A stretch of 64,000 nucleotides of DNA, from the NCBI GenBank assembly GCA_041489925.1, contig JBGPSD010000001.1, forward strand, positions 4,930-68,929. The letters are read 5' to 3'. How positions within the stretch are numbered: the stretch's first letter is position 1; each line of letters opens with the position of its first letter. A model generated the notes under the pieces. That model was given only the letters and a program-made list of their open reading frames with translations. It had not been told where the DNA came from and made no database searches. This DNA is from Candidatus Nanoarchaeia archaeon. Its GTDB lineage: Archaea > Nanobdellota > Nanobdellia > Woesearchaeales > ARS49. Made by a program: the position numbers and the translations under genes. Shown here in pieces: positions 13,201-23,262 of the stretch.

Positions 13201-14925
13201 TCAATCAGCACTGTTTTCTGCACCCTGCCGCTTTCTCCTGCGGTAATCCCAGTAGCCGAGAAGCATCATTACAAACACTATCAGTCCTGCAAGCCAGTAC
13301 CACTTTGTCTTGTTGAAGAATCCTGTTACTGCGCCTGTAATCTGGTTGCCTGTTGTCGCCTCAACCGCAGCCCCTGAGATTTCATTGTCTGAAGGGGCAG
13401 GATTACCCCCTATTGGCGCAGTCATTGCCGCCCCGCCTTGTTCTGCTGCCATGCCCTGCGCTTCACCGCCTGACTGCGCGGCTCCAGGCGCGGCTATTGC
13501 CGCAGGAGCTGGTGCTGCTGCAGGCGCTGCTGCCGCTGAAGCTGGCGCAGCTGAAGGAGCCGGAGCCTGCTGTGCAAAGTGCGAGAATGCATACTCGCCA
13601 AGCCCGTAATGAGAGTCCGGCTGGGCTTGGACATTGACAGTGCGCGTTGCGCTTGCAGTGTTGCCTGAACTGTCATTAATAGAGTAAGTCACGTTGTAAG
13701 TGCCAGCATCATGCGCGTTTACCGTGATTGACGAAACGATTGCTCCTGTAATGTTGCCGTCATAATTGTCAAGCGCAGTGGCTCCTGCGTCAGTGTATGA
13801 ATTTCCTGCAGTAATGTTGGCAATGCTCGCGCCGATTATTGTTATCACCGGCGCTGTCGTGTCAACCACTGTGACAGTAAATAAGTTAGGGCCCGAGTTT
13901 CCAGAGCTGTCTGTTGCGGTGCAGTTCACTGTTGTCAGTCCAAGCGGGAATGTTGAGCCTGAGATTGGAATGCATGTTAGTGTGATTGCGCCATCGATGT
14001 TGTCAACCGCTGTTGCAGAGAACGTGGCAGTTGCTCCTGCTGGGCTTGTTGCTTCTTCAGTCATGTTCGCAGGAATTGTTACAATGGGCAGGGTTGTGTC
14101 GTGCACTGTGATGCTGAATACTGCAGAGCCTTTGTTGCCTGCTGAGTCTGTTGCGGTGCAATTGACTTTTGTCAGTCCAAGCGGGAATGTTGAGCCTGAG
14201 ATTGGAATGCATGTTGGTGTGATTGCGCCATCGATGTTGTCAACCGCTGTTGCAGAGAACGTGGCAGTTGCTCCTGCTGGGCTTGTTGCTTCTTCAGTCA
14301 TGTTTGCAGGAACTGTTACATTAGGAGGCGTTGTGTCAGGAGTATAATATACTGTGACGCGGATGTTGTCAACCCGCGCAGCGAAGCTATTGCCATTAGT
14401 GTTGTTCTTTATTGCAGCAATTGCAACGCCAAAGCTGATGTTATTGAGGTCTGCAGGAGTCAGTGAGAGCGCCCAGAGGTCAGTAGGGCTGCCGTATGTT
14501 ACATTTGAATCATAGTTCGCTGTCCATTCGATCTGGTTTGCCTTATTGCTTCCCTGAATGATGCCGTTCTTCAGGAGCTTTAATGAGTAGTCGTGGATGA
14601 TACCTGGTACGCCCTCTTTCTGGCGTTCTATTGTCACCATGATGCCGTTGATTATCGCGCCTGCGGGGATGGAAAAGTTAAAATTGCGCGCAATAAGGTA
14701 ATTAGAGATTTCAAAGTCATTGAGGTTTGCCGCTGCGCGCAGTTCATTCGAGCTGGTAATGTTGCCGGGACTGGTCCATGGAATTGTGCCGATGCTGGTA
14801 TCATTCACCGCGGTTCCTGGGCTGTTTGGCCCTGCAGTGTCAGCAATCACTGTTGAAACACAAATGGCTAAAAGCAGTAAAAAGATAAACAATCTCTGCA
14901 AGCGCGCCGTTGTTAATATTCGCAT
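13201..14925 (-). CDS. secreted surface protein: unknown N-domain, 2 HYR domains, Ig-like (DUF5011-type) domain, Ala/Pro linker, C-terminal TM anchor
   Basis: Signal peptide; HYR-like PANMTEEATSPAGATATFSATAVDNIDG...FPLGLT.VNCTATDS.GN twice; ALDNYDGNIT Ig-like; C-terminal WYWLAGLIVFVMMLLGYW plus RRRKRQ. Confidence 0.7.
   Translation of the reverse strand: MRILTTARLQRLFIFLLLLAICVSTVIADTAGPNSPGTAVNDTSIGTIPWTSPGNITSSNELRAAANLNDFEISNYLIARNFNFSIPAGAIINGIMVTIERQKEGVPGIIHDYSLKLLKNGIIQGSNKANQIEWTANYDSNVTYGSPTDLWALSLTPADLNNISFGVAIAAIKNNTNGNSFAARVDNIRVTVYYTPDTTPPNVTVPANMTEEATSPAGATATFSATAVDNIDGAITPTCIPISGSTFPLGLTKVNCTATDSAGNKGSAVFSITVHDTTLPIVTIPANMTEEATSPAGATATFSATAVDNIDGAITLTCIPISGSTFPLGLTTVNCTATDSSGNSGPNLFTVTVVDTTAPVITIIGASIANITAGNSYTDAGATALDNYDGNITGAIVSSITVNAHDAGTYNVTYSINDSSGNTASATRTVNVQAQPDSHYGLGEYAFSHFAQQAPAPSAAPASAAAAPAAAPAPAAIAAPGAAQSGGEAQGMAAEQGGAAMTAPIGGNPAPSDNEISGAAVEATTGNQITGAVTGFFNKTKWYWLAGLIVFVMMLLGYWDYRRRKRQGAENSAD
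13870..14340. repeat. tandem 237-bp (79-codon) duplication encoding the two HYR domains
   Basis: gtcagtccaagcgggaatgttgagcctgagattggaatgcatgtt... recurs at 13934 and 14171, with ~155 bp nearly identical. Confidence 0.85.
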
Positions 14926-14975
14926 CCTAAAAAGCCAAAATAGACTTCTTTGTTTATAAACATACCTTCAGAAAA

Positions 14976-15980
14976 TCAAGCTGCAGCAACCAAGTACAAA
15001 GACTGAGCCCATCCAAGCGGCGTGTTCTCGTTGTGCTGCGAGGAGTTTGCGAAGTAGAGTTCTGGAAGTTCTCCCTGTTCGTTCATTGCTGATTTTGTTT
15101 TTTCTACAAAGAACTTGTGCTTGTTTGTTATTCCGAGCTGTTTGTAAATTATCGCGAGCCAGGCAAGGCCCATTGTCCATTCTGCCTCTCCGTCCTTGTT
15201 GTAATACTTGTCACCTTCGTAGCGGATGACTCCTTTTTCACGCAACAGGTTTTCCTCGACGTTCTTGAGGATTGCATCGCGCTGTTTTTCGTCTACAATA
15301 TTGTAAGGGTAAATCAATGAAAGCAAAGCAAGGTCTGTTTCCTTTGTTGCAGATTCACAGGGCAGAAGAGCATTCAAGGCTTCCCTTCCCTTCTGTATAA
15401 TCACTTCAGGAACAACAACTATTCCCTTTACAGCGATAAGTCCTGCGACACAGGCTCCGACAGATGATGCGTGGACTTCCTCGTTTTCCTCCCACATTCC
15501 ATTGTCAGCGTCCTTCCAGTATTCAATCGCTGCAAGATAGCTGACAAGCTTCTGCACTATGCGCTTGTCGTCGCCAGAAAGCTGCAATATTCCCTTTCTC
15601 ACCAGTTCGCCAATCTTGAACAGAATAGCGCCGATAGCGTCATTCTGCTTGTTTCCCCACTCTTCCTTTATCTCGTCGCCTGTAATAGGGTCATAACGCG
15701 CGTGGATGTAACGGAAAGCTGCCTTTGGCATTGGCTCCTTTATCATCCAGTCCATTTTGTATTCATGCTTTTTGAGAATTTCAAGAAGTGCGCGGTAAGT
15801 CTTCACAACAGCATCGTAATTGCCGACAGCTTCCAGCCCGAGAGCTGCATAAACATTGTCACGCAGCCATGCACGGCTATAGCCTGTCTTAACGCTCTGA
15901 GCAGCAGCGGCAAATAACCCTGAAGGATACTGAAGCTGTTGCAAGAGTTTGACGCTGTGAGTTATCATTAGCACCCCCAC
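14976..15980 (-). CDS. glycoside hydrolase family 15-like (glucoamylase / phosphorylase-kinase-like) protein
   Basis: YSRAWLRDNVY motif and (alpha/alpha)6-type helical pattern. Confidence 0.65.
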   Translation of the reverse strand: MGVLMITHSVKLLQQLQYPSGLFAAAAQSVKTGYSRAWLRDNVYAALGLEAVGNYDAVVKTYRALLEILKKHEYKMDWMIKEPMPKAAFRYIHARYDPITGDEIKEEWGNKQNDAIGAILFKIGELVRKGILQLSGDDKRIVQKLVSYLAAIEYWKDADNGMWEENEEVHASSVGACVAGLIAVKGIVVVPEVIIQKGREALNALLPCESATKETDLALLSLIYPYNIVDEKQRDAILKNVEENLLREKGVIRYEGDKYYNKDGEAEWTMGLAWLAIIYKQLGITNKHKFFVEKTKSAMNEQGELPELYFANSSQHNENTPLGWAQSLYLVAAA

Positions 15981-16148
15981 GAATATGATTATCTAAGACG
16001 ATTGAGTATATAAACTTTTCCTTTTGACACTACTCTTGGGTAGTTACTAATAAGCTTGTTTTCTTCGCTATTAAGGGCTATAAAGCACGATTTGGCTGGA
16101 ATTACAAATCATATTTTGTGTGCATTCTTGTTAATATGCTAAACAAGC

Positions 16149-16156
16149 TTTATAAA
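16149..16156 (+). promoter_or_regulatory. putative TATA box for kae1
   Basis: tttataaa 23 nt upstream of ATG 16179. Confidence 0.4.
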
Positions 16157-16178
16157 TCAGGCAAGCCAAAAACAACGT

Positions 16179-17168
16179 ATGCCGCAATACTGCCTTGGGA
16201 TTGAAAGCACAGCGCACACATTCGGGATAGGCATAGCCACATTTGAAGGCAAAATACTGGCTAATGCTAAAGCCAGTTTTACGACAGAAGAAGGCGGGAT
16301 GATTCCGAATGAGGTTGCGAGGCATCACCGCGATGTAAAAGACCAAGTTCTTGAAGATGCTTTGAAGCAGGCAAGAATCAAGCTTGAGCAGGTTTCACTG
16401 ATTGCATATTCAAGAGGACCTGGGCTCACTCCGGCAATTCTCGGAGTCGGGCAAAAAATGGCAGTTGAGCTTGCAAAAAAACTAAACGCGCCAATAATCG
16501 GAGTAAATCATTCAGTTTCACACCTGAGCATTGGCAACCTGATTACAGGCGCAAAAGACCCTGTTTATCTCTATGTTTCAGGACCAAATACGCAAGTCAT
16601 TGCTCTGGCTGGCGGAAGATACAGGATATTTGGCGAAACTCTTGACAATGGGCTTGGCAACACCTTTGACAAGTTCGCAAGGGATGCAAAACTCGGCTTT
16701 CCTGGCGGGCCAAAAATAGAAGAATTGGCAAAAACAGGAAAATACATTGAGCTTCCTTACTCAGTAAAAGGAATGGATGTCAGCTTCTCAGGAATATTGA
16801 CAAAAGCAGAACAGCTGTTAAGGTCAGGAGCGTCAGTAAATGACCTTTGCTTCTCTTTGCAGGAGACTTGCTTTGCAATGCTCGCAGAAGTCTCAGAGCG
16901 CGCCATGGCGCACACAGGAAAAAAAGAATTATTGCTAATCGGCGGTGTGGCAGCAAACAAGCGCCTTGGAGAAATGCTCGAGAAAATGTGCTCTGCAAGA
17001 GGGGCAAAGTTCTATGCAGTCCCTCTTGAGTATTCAGGAGACCAGGGCGCAATGATTGCCTGGCAGGGAATACTCCAGCAAAAAGAAGCCGTAGCGCCTG
17101 AAAAAGCAGACATCTCACCGCAAGAAAGGACAGACGAAGTTGAAGTCAGATGGATTTCTGATAAATAA
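16179..17168 (+). CDS. kae1: tRNA N6-adenosine threonylcarbamoyltransferase Kae1 (no Bud32 fusion)
   Basis: CLGIESTAHTFGIGI, GVNHSVSHL, GGVAAN motifs. Confidence 0.9.
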   Translation: MPQYCLGIESTAHTFGIGIATFEGKILANAKASFTTEEGGMIPNEVARHHRDVKDQVLEDALKQARIKLEQVSLIAYSRGPGLTPAILGVGQKMAVELAKKLNAPIIGVNHSVSHLSIGNLITGAKDPVYLYVSGPNTQVIALAGGRYRIFGETLDNGLGNTFDKFARDAKLGFPGGPKIEELAKTGKYIELPYSVKGMDVSFSGILTKAEQLLRSGASVNDLCFSLQETCFAMLAEVSERAMAHTGKKELLLIGGVAANKRLGEMLEKMCSARGAKFYAVPLEYSGDQGAMIAWQGILQQKEAVAPEKADISPQERTDEVEVRWISDK

Positions 17169-17186
17169 TACTAAAAAACAAAAAAG

Positions 17187-17546
17187 TTACCACCAGCCGA
17201 ACTTTTTCTTTTTCGACTTGGCTTTTTTCGCTTTCTTTGCAGGCTTTGCTTTTGCCCTTGCTTTTTTCGCAGGCTTTGCCCTTGCCTTTGCCTTTCTGGC
17301 TTTTGGCTTCTTTGCCGGCTTTGCCTTTTTCGCCTTGGCTTTCCTTGCCTTGGCAGGCTTTGCCTTTCTGACAGGCGCTTCACGCGCCTTTGCGGTAACA
17401 GGCCTTTCCACAGGCATGAAGGGCTCAAAAACAAGCCCGCAGTCCTTGCAAATCACCTGGTCGCGCATCGTACTGTGTATAATATTCTCAGAGGCGCAGT
17501 CAGGGCACTCGTGTATGCTCTGCAAATGGTCTTCTTCGTTCCCCAT
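17187..17546 (-). CDS. TFIIB-type zinc-ribbon protein with Lys/Ala/Pro-rich basic tail
   Basis: CPDC..x17..CKDC ribbon, followed by ~65 aa of AKPAKKA-type repeats. Confidence 0.7.
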   Translation of the reverse strand: MGNEEDHLQSIHECPDCASENIIHSTMRDQVICKDCGLVFEPFMPVERPVTAKAREAPVRKAKPAKARKAKAKKAKPAKKPKARKAKARAKPAKKARAKAKPAKKAKKAKSKKKKFGWW

Positions 17547-17604
17547 ACGCCGAAGGCGGATACGCCGAGTATAAAAGCATTGCGGAAATGAAGAATACTA
17601 AGCT

Positions 17605-19461
17605 TTAGCGCTTCCTGATTTTGCCTGCGAGCGCCTCGTTAAGCACTTCAGAAATTGTCTCAACAGGGATTATCTTGATTTTCTCGAGCTGTTTCTTGTC
17701 AATGACTATGTCCTGCATGTTGCTCTTTGGCACAATAACACGCTTCAAGCCGACTTCAATCGCTGCCTCAATCTTCGCAGAGACTCCGCCAATAGGCAAA
17801 ACCTCTCCGCGCACTGACAGCGAGCCAGTCATCGCCGTATCCTGCCTGACAGGAACTTTTGTCAAGGCAGAAATTATTGACGTTGCAACAGCAATGCTTG
17901 CAGAGTCGCCCTCAACTCCCTCATAAGTCTGCAAAAACTGCACATAAATGTCATAATTCTTTATGTCCTTTCCAAAGCGCTTCTTGATAATTGCAGAAAC
18001 ATTCTTGATAGCCTCTTTTGCTATCTCTCCAAGCTTTCCTGTCGCAATAATTTCCTTCTCTTTTCCGCCAGGGGTGACTTCTGACTCAATAGGCAGGATT
18101 ATTCCTGAATAAGAGCCGCCACCGCCAATCACTGCCAAGCCATTTACACGGCCAACCTGCTTGCCTTCGGTAACAATAACGTCGTATTCTTTCTTTCGCT
18201 CAATAAACTTGTCCGCAATCTGCTGTTCAAGAGTGCGCGCAATCTTCTTTGCGTCTTTCACGTGCTGAACATCAACAAACTTGGCCTTTTGCTCCGATGC
18301 CAAATCGCCAGCGGCGCGAATCAATCCGCCAAGCTCACGCAAGCGAAGAGTCAATGACTGCTTCCTGTTTGCCATTTTGCGCGCTTCCTCAACAATGCAG
18401 TCAACAGCTGCTTTTGTGAAGTGCGGGATTTTCTTGTCCTTTTCAACTTCCTGTGCAATAAAGCGCGCTATCTTTAGCCGGTTTTCAGGGCTGTCAGGCA
18501 TTGTATCCTTCATGAACACTTCATAGCCATAACCGCGAATCCTTGAACGCAAAGCAGGGTGCATATGCGAGACTGTTTCAACATTGCCAGCAGCGACTAA
18601 AATAAAGTTGCACGGCACTGGCTCTGTTCTGACCATTGCGCCAGAGCTCCTCTCAGACTGGCCTGTTATGGAATACTTGCCTTCCTGCAAAGAAGTCAAT
18701 AATTCCTGCTGTGTCGCAGGCTGCAATGTCGCAATCTCGTCAACAAAAAGGACTCCCATGTTTGCCTTGTGAATCATTCCTGCAACAACCCTTTCGTGCG
18801 CAGGGGTTCCAAGCCCGCCTGACTGCAATGGGTCGTGCAAAACATCGCCCAAAAGCGCTCCTGCGTGGGCTCCTGTCGCGTCCCAGAACGGCGCTGTCTT
18901 CCTGCCGAAATTATCCACGATAACCTTTGGCACCTCAACCCTCTGCTGGGGCATTATGCGCTTGCTCAGGCTAATTATAAGGGCAATGCCAAGGACAAAA
19001 ACCATCCCTGTAATCATTGAGGCTGCATAAACAACAGCATTGTCAAAAGGAAACATCTTTCTGGCATACAGGTAATAAGGAATCAGCGATATAATAATAG
19101 CAAGTATCAGCAGGAACCAGTTTGTTCCGCTGAACGCTCCTGATATCTGCATCCTGCTGCGCGCAACAACCTCGCGGCCCTTGCCGGCAGGAACAATGCG
19201 GATAACCGGCTGGTTCTCGTCATTTGGATTGGGCAGTGCAAGGACGTCAACAAGCTTCTCTTTTGGCAGCAATTCAGCCAGCGCAAGCCCGAGCATTGAC
19301 TTTCCTGTTCCCGGCTCGCCAATAAGCAAAACGTGCCTTCTCTGCATCGCTGCCTTGCGGATAATCTCAACAGCGCCCTCCTGCCCTATGACCTGGTCAA
19401 CAATACTCTCAGGGACTTTCAGGTCAGCAGTAGTCTTAAACTCAGTAGAACTTTTGGCCAT
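17605..19461 (-). CDS. lon: archaeal membrane-bound Lon protease (LonB)
   Basis: Walker A GEPGTGKS, two TMs inserted in the AAA+ domain, C-terminal Lon protease domain (DSASIAVA..., K dyad region). Confidence 0.9.
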   Translation of the reverse strand: MAKSSTEFKTTADLKVPESIVDQVIGQEGAVEIIRKAAMQRRHVLLIGEPGTGKSMLGLALAELLPKEKLVDVLALPNPNDENQPVIRIVPAGKGREVVARSRMQISGAFSGTNWFLLILAIIISLIPYYLYARKMFPFDNAVVYAASMITGMVFVLGIALIISLSKRIMPQQRVEVPKVIVDNFGRKTAPFWDATGAHAGALLGDVLHDPLQSGGLGTPAHERVVAGMIHKANMGVLFVDEIATLQPATQQELLTSLQEGKYSITGQSERSSGAMVRTEPVPCNFILVAAGNVETVSHMHPALRSRIRGYGYEVFMKDTMPDSPENRLKIARFIAQEVEKDKKIPHFTKAAVDCIVEEARKMANRKQSLTLRLRELGGLIRAAGDLASEQKAKFVDVQHVKDAKKIARTLEQQIADKFIERKKEYDVIVTEGKQVGRVNGLAVIGGGGSYSGIILPIESEVTPGGKEKEIIATGKLGEIAKEAIKNVSAIIKKRFGKDIKNYDIYVQFLQTYEGVEGDSASIAVATSIISALTKVPVRQDTAMTGSLSVRGEVLPIGGVSAKIEAAIEVGLKRVIVPKSNMQDIVIDKKQLEKIKIIPVETISEVLNEALAGKIRKR

Positions 19462-19607
19462 TGCTTTGCCTGAGCCTATCGTGATTTAAAAGCCTTGCGG
19501 GAACAAACGCAAAGATATTTTTACCCCCACGCAGTAGTTAAAACAGAAAGATTTATATAGGGGTTAATACTAACCTGACAGTAGTAACATTATTGGGGTG
19601 GACTAAA

Positions 19608-20621
19608 ATGAATAAGAACACTAATTACAATCGACGCGATTTCCTTAGGTATATGGGCAAAGCAGGAGCAGGAATGATACTCCTTGCGCCAATACACGCA
19701 ATTACAGGATGCAATGACTCTGGCAAAGACAGCAGCTATGCGCCAGCGCCAGGGCTCGCAAGCAAGTTTGATGTTCTTGAAACAAATGTTGACGGCCTGA
19801 AATACAAGCAGGACGAACAGCCGCCTTTGCAGACAAATCTGCGCCACTACTCCAATATTATTGTCAATCCTAAAGAAGACATTACTGACGCAATGGTCGG
19901 TATGAGGCTCACAAGCCCTACAGGCAAGGTTGACTGGCAGTTTTACTCGCCAAGTCTTAACTTCACAAAAGACATTGGACTTGCAACACCTCCTTTTGTT
20001 TTCCCTGTCAAGAACGGACCTAATGGAAATTACAAGCTTGAATGGCTTGTGAAGAAAGGCAGCGAAGAGGACGTGCTTGTCGCGCTGGAACCAAATGTGG
20101 TCTGGAATGGCAAGCAGGTCGCAAGCACACTTTACGCATCTGAGGCAATTGACTATCTTAACAGGCTGTTCCAGTTCGGAGCAAACCCTGGAATCATAAA
20201 TATTGTCGGCGACACAGCACCTGCAAGCGACATTGTTGCAGCAACAGAAGTATCAAACCGCTTCATTGCTGACGCAAAGGCAAACTACGGCTACACAGCC
20301 CCTGTTGTTACAGGAAAGCTCGCGAGCGAAGTTGCTTCACTGCAGGGCAGCAATGGATTTGCAGTCGGGCAGTATGGAATCAACCAGGCGGTAAAGGCAC
20401 TCTGGGACGGCGTTGGAAAAGTCCTTCCTCCGGGATGCGGGCTTATCCAGACAGCTGAACTTGCAGACGGCAGTGTTTACCTGATGGCTTCTGGCTCAGA
20501 TGACCTGAAAGTCAGGCAGGCTAGCCGCGCACTCGCAACGCACGATTTGTACAACATGAACGCAAGCGCACTCAAGATCACAGGGACAACCCTGACTGAC
20601 ATTGCTGTGGCGCCTGCATGA
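19608..20621 (+). CDS. secreted protein with twin-arginine signal and lipobox-like Cys; S-layer-type C-terminal region
   Basis: NRRDFLRYMGKAGAGMILLAPIHAITGC; IVGDTAPASDIVAATEVS motif. Confidence 0.5.
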   Translation: MNKNTNYNRRDFLRYMGKAGAGMILLAPIHAITGCNDSGKDSSYAPAPGLASKFDVLETNVDGLKYKQDEQPPLQTNLRHYSNIIVNPKEDITDAMVGMRLTSPTGKVDWQFYSPSLNFTKDIGLATPPFVFPVKNGPNGNYKLEWLVKKGSEEDVLVALEPNVVWNGKQVASTLYASEAIDYLNRLFQFGANPGIINIVGDTAPASDIVAATEVSNRFIADAKANYGYTAPVVTGKLASEVASLQGSNGFAVGQYGINQAVKALWDGVGKVLPPGCGLIQTAELADGSVYLMASGSDDLKVRQASRALATHDLYNMNASALKITGTTLTDIAVAPA

Positions 20622-20629
20622 GGTAAAAA

Positions 20630-22291
20630 ATGAAAAAGCTTGCTTTATTCCTTGCAATTTTGTTCGCAATACCTGCGGTTTTCGCAGTTGACTTGTCTAA
20701 TTATCCCTCTTTTTTCAGCGAGGTTTCTGTTGTGGTCGGCGACAATGCGACAACTCTTGATGTTGTCAGCGTCAACACAATAGTAAACTCACTTAACGAG
20801 CAGGGAATCCAGAACAGCATAGTCCTTGCAAGCGAAATAAGCAACATCACAGGAAGGAACATAATCAGCGTCGGAAAGAACAGCATCACAACGCAGATCA
20901 CAAACAACAGCATCAGCGTTGCAAACGGAAACGCCCGCATCAAGCTTTATGACAATAACAGCACAGTCCATATTGCCGCATTTGGAAACACTGCAGATGA
21001 CACAAGGAAGGCAGCTTATGTGCTTGCAAACTGGCACACATTCCCGCTGCAGACATCTGACATAGTTGTTGGAGGCACTCTCCAGAACATCACATTGTCA
21101 AAATACATCCCGCTTATTGACTATTCCTGCAACAATCAGACATATGGCTATGGCCGCAACTGGTCACAGCCGTGCGAAAGCACTTACCTGTTGCAGTATT
21201 TCCCTGTTATCACTGTTCAGCCGCCTGTCACACCGCCTGCAAACCAGACCGATGTAAACCAGACAGGGGGCAATCCGATAGCCCCAACACCTGGAGCTGC
21301 ATTCAGCGTTTCGCAGATTTCAACACTTGGCTCCTCTTCACAGAAGCGCGGAGATAATGTCAGCACGCAGTTCACAGCGCAAAACACAGGAACTGTTGCA
21401 CTGACAGGATTCACTTTCAGCGGAATTGACGCAAAATACAAGCTTAACTTTACAGGCATCCCTGCAAGCCTTGCTTCAGGGCAGACAGCCACAATAACAT
21501 TGAACGCATATGTCCCGCTTGACCTTGACGCTGTCGACAGCGACTGCAACAAGAAAGCAATGAGCATAGGCACACTGACAGTCAGCACCAGCCAGAACGC
21601 AAGCGCAGCACAGGAAGTAAAGATGCAGGCTGAAAACCAGCTCTCAATACTTTCAGTCTACGCAAAGATTGCAGGAGGGCAGAAGAAAGAAATCGAGTCA
21701 GGTTTTGCCGACGTTTACGCAAATGATGATGTTGATGTCATAGTTGAGCTGAAGAACCGCTTCAGCGACAATGACGACCCGATGATTGAAGCAGAAGTCA
21801 GCGCAACAGGCGACACTGATGAGCTTGACCTTGACGACAGCGACAATGTTGAGATAGACGCTGACGATGAGGAAGAGGCAACACTCAGCGGCACTGTTGA
21901 AGATGATGCAAAGGGAAGCATAAGGCTCATCCTGACTGCAAAAGGAGAGGACGAGAACGGCGCACTGTACTGTGAACAGTCAGTTGCAAGGTTCAATGTC
22001 CTTGGAACAACCCGCACAGTCACACAGCAAAACAAGACTCAGCCGATAACATTCATACCGCTTGAGCCTACAAAGCCTGTAGCAAAGAATCAGACTGTCC
22101 AGCCACAGCCAGAGCCAAGGCAGGAAAGCGTTGACGTAGTCGCGCCGACTGCAGAGGTTAAGAGCACAGGGTTCAAGAACAGCAACAGCTATGCAATGCT
22201 GCTTGGCTTGGTCATACTCGTGCTTGTAGGAGTGCTGGCAACAGAAATCTGGGTGCTCACACGCAGGCGCAAGTACATTGACCAGCTATAA
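20630..22291 (+). CDS. S-layer-type surface protein with C-terminal TM anchor
   Basis: Signal peptide, then VDLSNYPSFF..VVVGDNATTLDVVSVNTIV (S-layer N-domain signature); acidic stretch; C-terminal TM plus RRRK. Confidence 0.6.
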   Translation: MKKLALFLAILFAIPAVFAVDLSNYPSFFSEVSVVVGDNATTLDVVSVNTIVNSLNEQGIQNSIVLASEISNITGRNIISVGKNSITTQITNNSISVANGNARIKLYDNNSTVHIAAFGNTADDTRKAAYVLANWHTFPLQTSDIVVGGTLQNITLSKYIPLIDYSCNNQTYGYGRNWSQPCESTYLLQYFPVITVQPPVTPPANQTDVNQTGGNPIAPTPGAAFSVSQISTLGSSSQKRGDNVSTQFTAQNTGTVALTGFTFSGIDAKYKLNFTGIPASLASGQTATITLNAYVPLDLDAVDSDCNKKAMSIGTLTVSTSQNASAAQEVKMQAENQLSILSVYAKIAGGQKKEIESGFADVYANDDVDVIVELKNRFSDNDDPMIEAEVSATGDTDELDLDDSDNVEIDADDEEEATLSGTVEDDAKGSIRLILTAKGEDENGALYCEQSVARFNVLGTTRTVTQQNKTQPITFIPLEPTKPVAKNQTVQPQPEPRQESVDVVAPTAEVKSTGFKNSNSYAMLLGLVILVLVGVLATEIWVLTRRRKYIDQL

Positions 22292-22302
22292 GGGGGTCAG
22301 AG

Positions 22303-23262
22303 ATGACAACCCTGCTGTGCATTTCTGACGTCCACAACGACGAGAAGAAATTAAAGCAGATAGCAGGCTTTGCAAAAGGCTGCGATGCGCTGATAACCGC
22401 AGGCGACGACCTTGACCAGCAGGTTCAAGACGAAGAAGGCAACCTTGCGGGATACGAGTCAGACATTATTCTTGAAGAGCTCAAAAGGAAGCACCAGCCA
22501 GAAAGCAAGGCAAGCGAAGAGGAACTGCAGCAATTTAATGCACTTTATCAGGAGTTTAGTGAGTCTCCAACAGAGGGAAAAAAGGCACAGGTCCAGAACT
22601 TCCTGCAAAATCACCCTACAGTGAACGAAGTATTAAACGCAGAGGAAGAAGCAAAGCAGGAATTCATAAACCACTACAATACGCGCGCAGAAGGCATAAA
22701 CAAATACTACAAACAGGCAGGCATTCTGGGATTTGGGACATCAGGAAATCACGACCCTCTTTCAGCTCGTAAAAGCCTAAGCGCAGTCAATTACCTGCTC
22801 GGAAAAACCGCTGAATTCAAAGGCCTTGTTATCGCAGGCCTGCCTGCAACAGGTGAATCAGTTGGGGCAGCAAACACATTCCCTGATTTATACCAGCACT
22901 TGCAATTTTATGACGCTGAAGAAACATCTGAATTAGCCAAAATGCTGCTTAAGCACCAAGGGAAAATTGACGTCTTTGTCACTCACAAGGCTTACAAGCC
23001 AGAAATCCAGCAATGGGACCCTCATTACAAGGAAGGACAACCCATGGCAAAATTCGGAGTCGACAAGGGCGCTGTTGAAGTTGATGAAAAATTCAAGCCG
23101 GCATTAAACGTATTCGGGCACTATCACCTTGAACGCGCAAAAGTAAAGCGCAGCGAAGACGGAAACCAGTGGTTCCTTTATGTCGGACCAAATGCAGCAG
23201 TCAGGGTTGAATTTGACAAAGAAAAAAGACCATTCCTGGCAAAAAGCGTGTATTACAACTAA
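22303..23262 (+). CDS. calcineurin-like metallophosphoesterase with long helical insert
   Basis: Motifs SDVHND, AGDDLD, GNHDP, VTHK, GHYH in canonical order. Confidence 0.8.
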   Translation: MTTLLCISDVHNDEKKLKQIAGFAKGCDALITAGDDLDQQVQDEEGNLAGYESDIILEELKRKHQPESKASEEELQQFNALYQEFSESPTEGKKAQVQNFLQNHPTVNEVLNAEEEAKQEFINHYNTRAEGINKYYKQAGILGFGTSGNHDPLSARKSLSAVNYLLGKTAEFKGLVIAGLPATGESVGAANTFPDLYQHLQFYDAEETSELAKMLLKHQGKIDVFVTHKAYKPEIQQWDPHYKEGQPMAKFGVDKGAVEVDEKFKPALNVFGHYHLERAKVKRSEDGNQWFLYVGPNAAVRVEFDKEKRPFLAKSVYYN

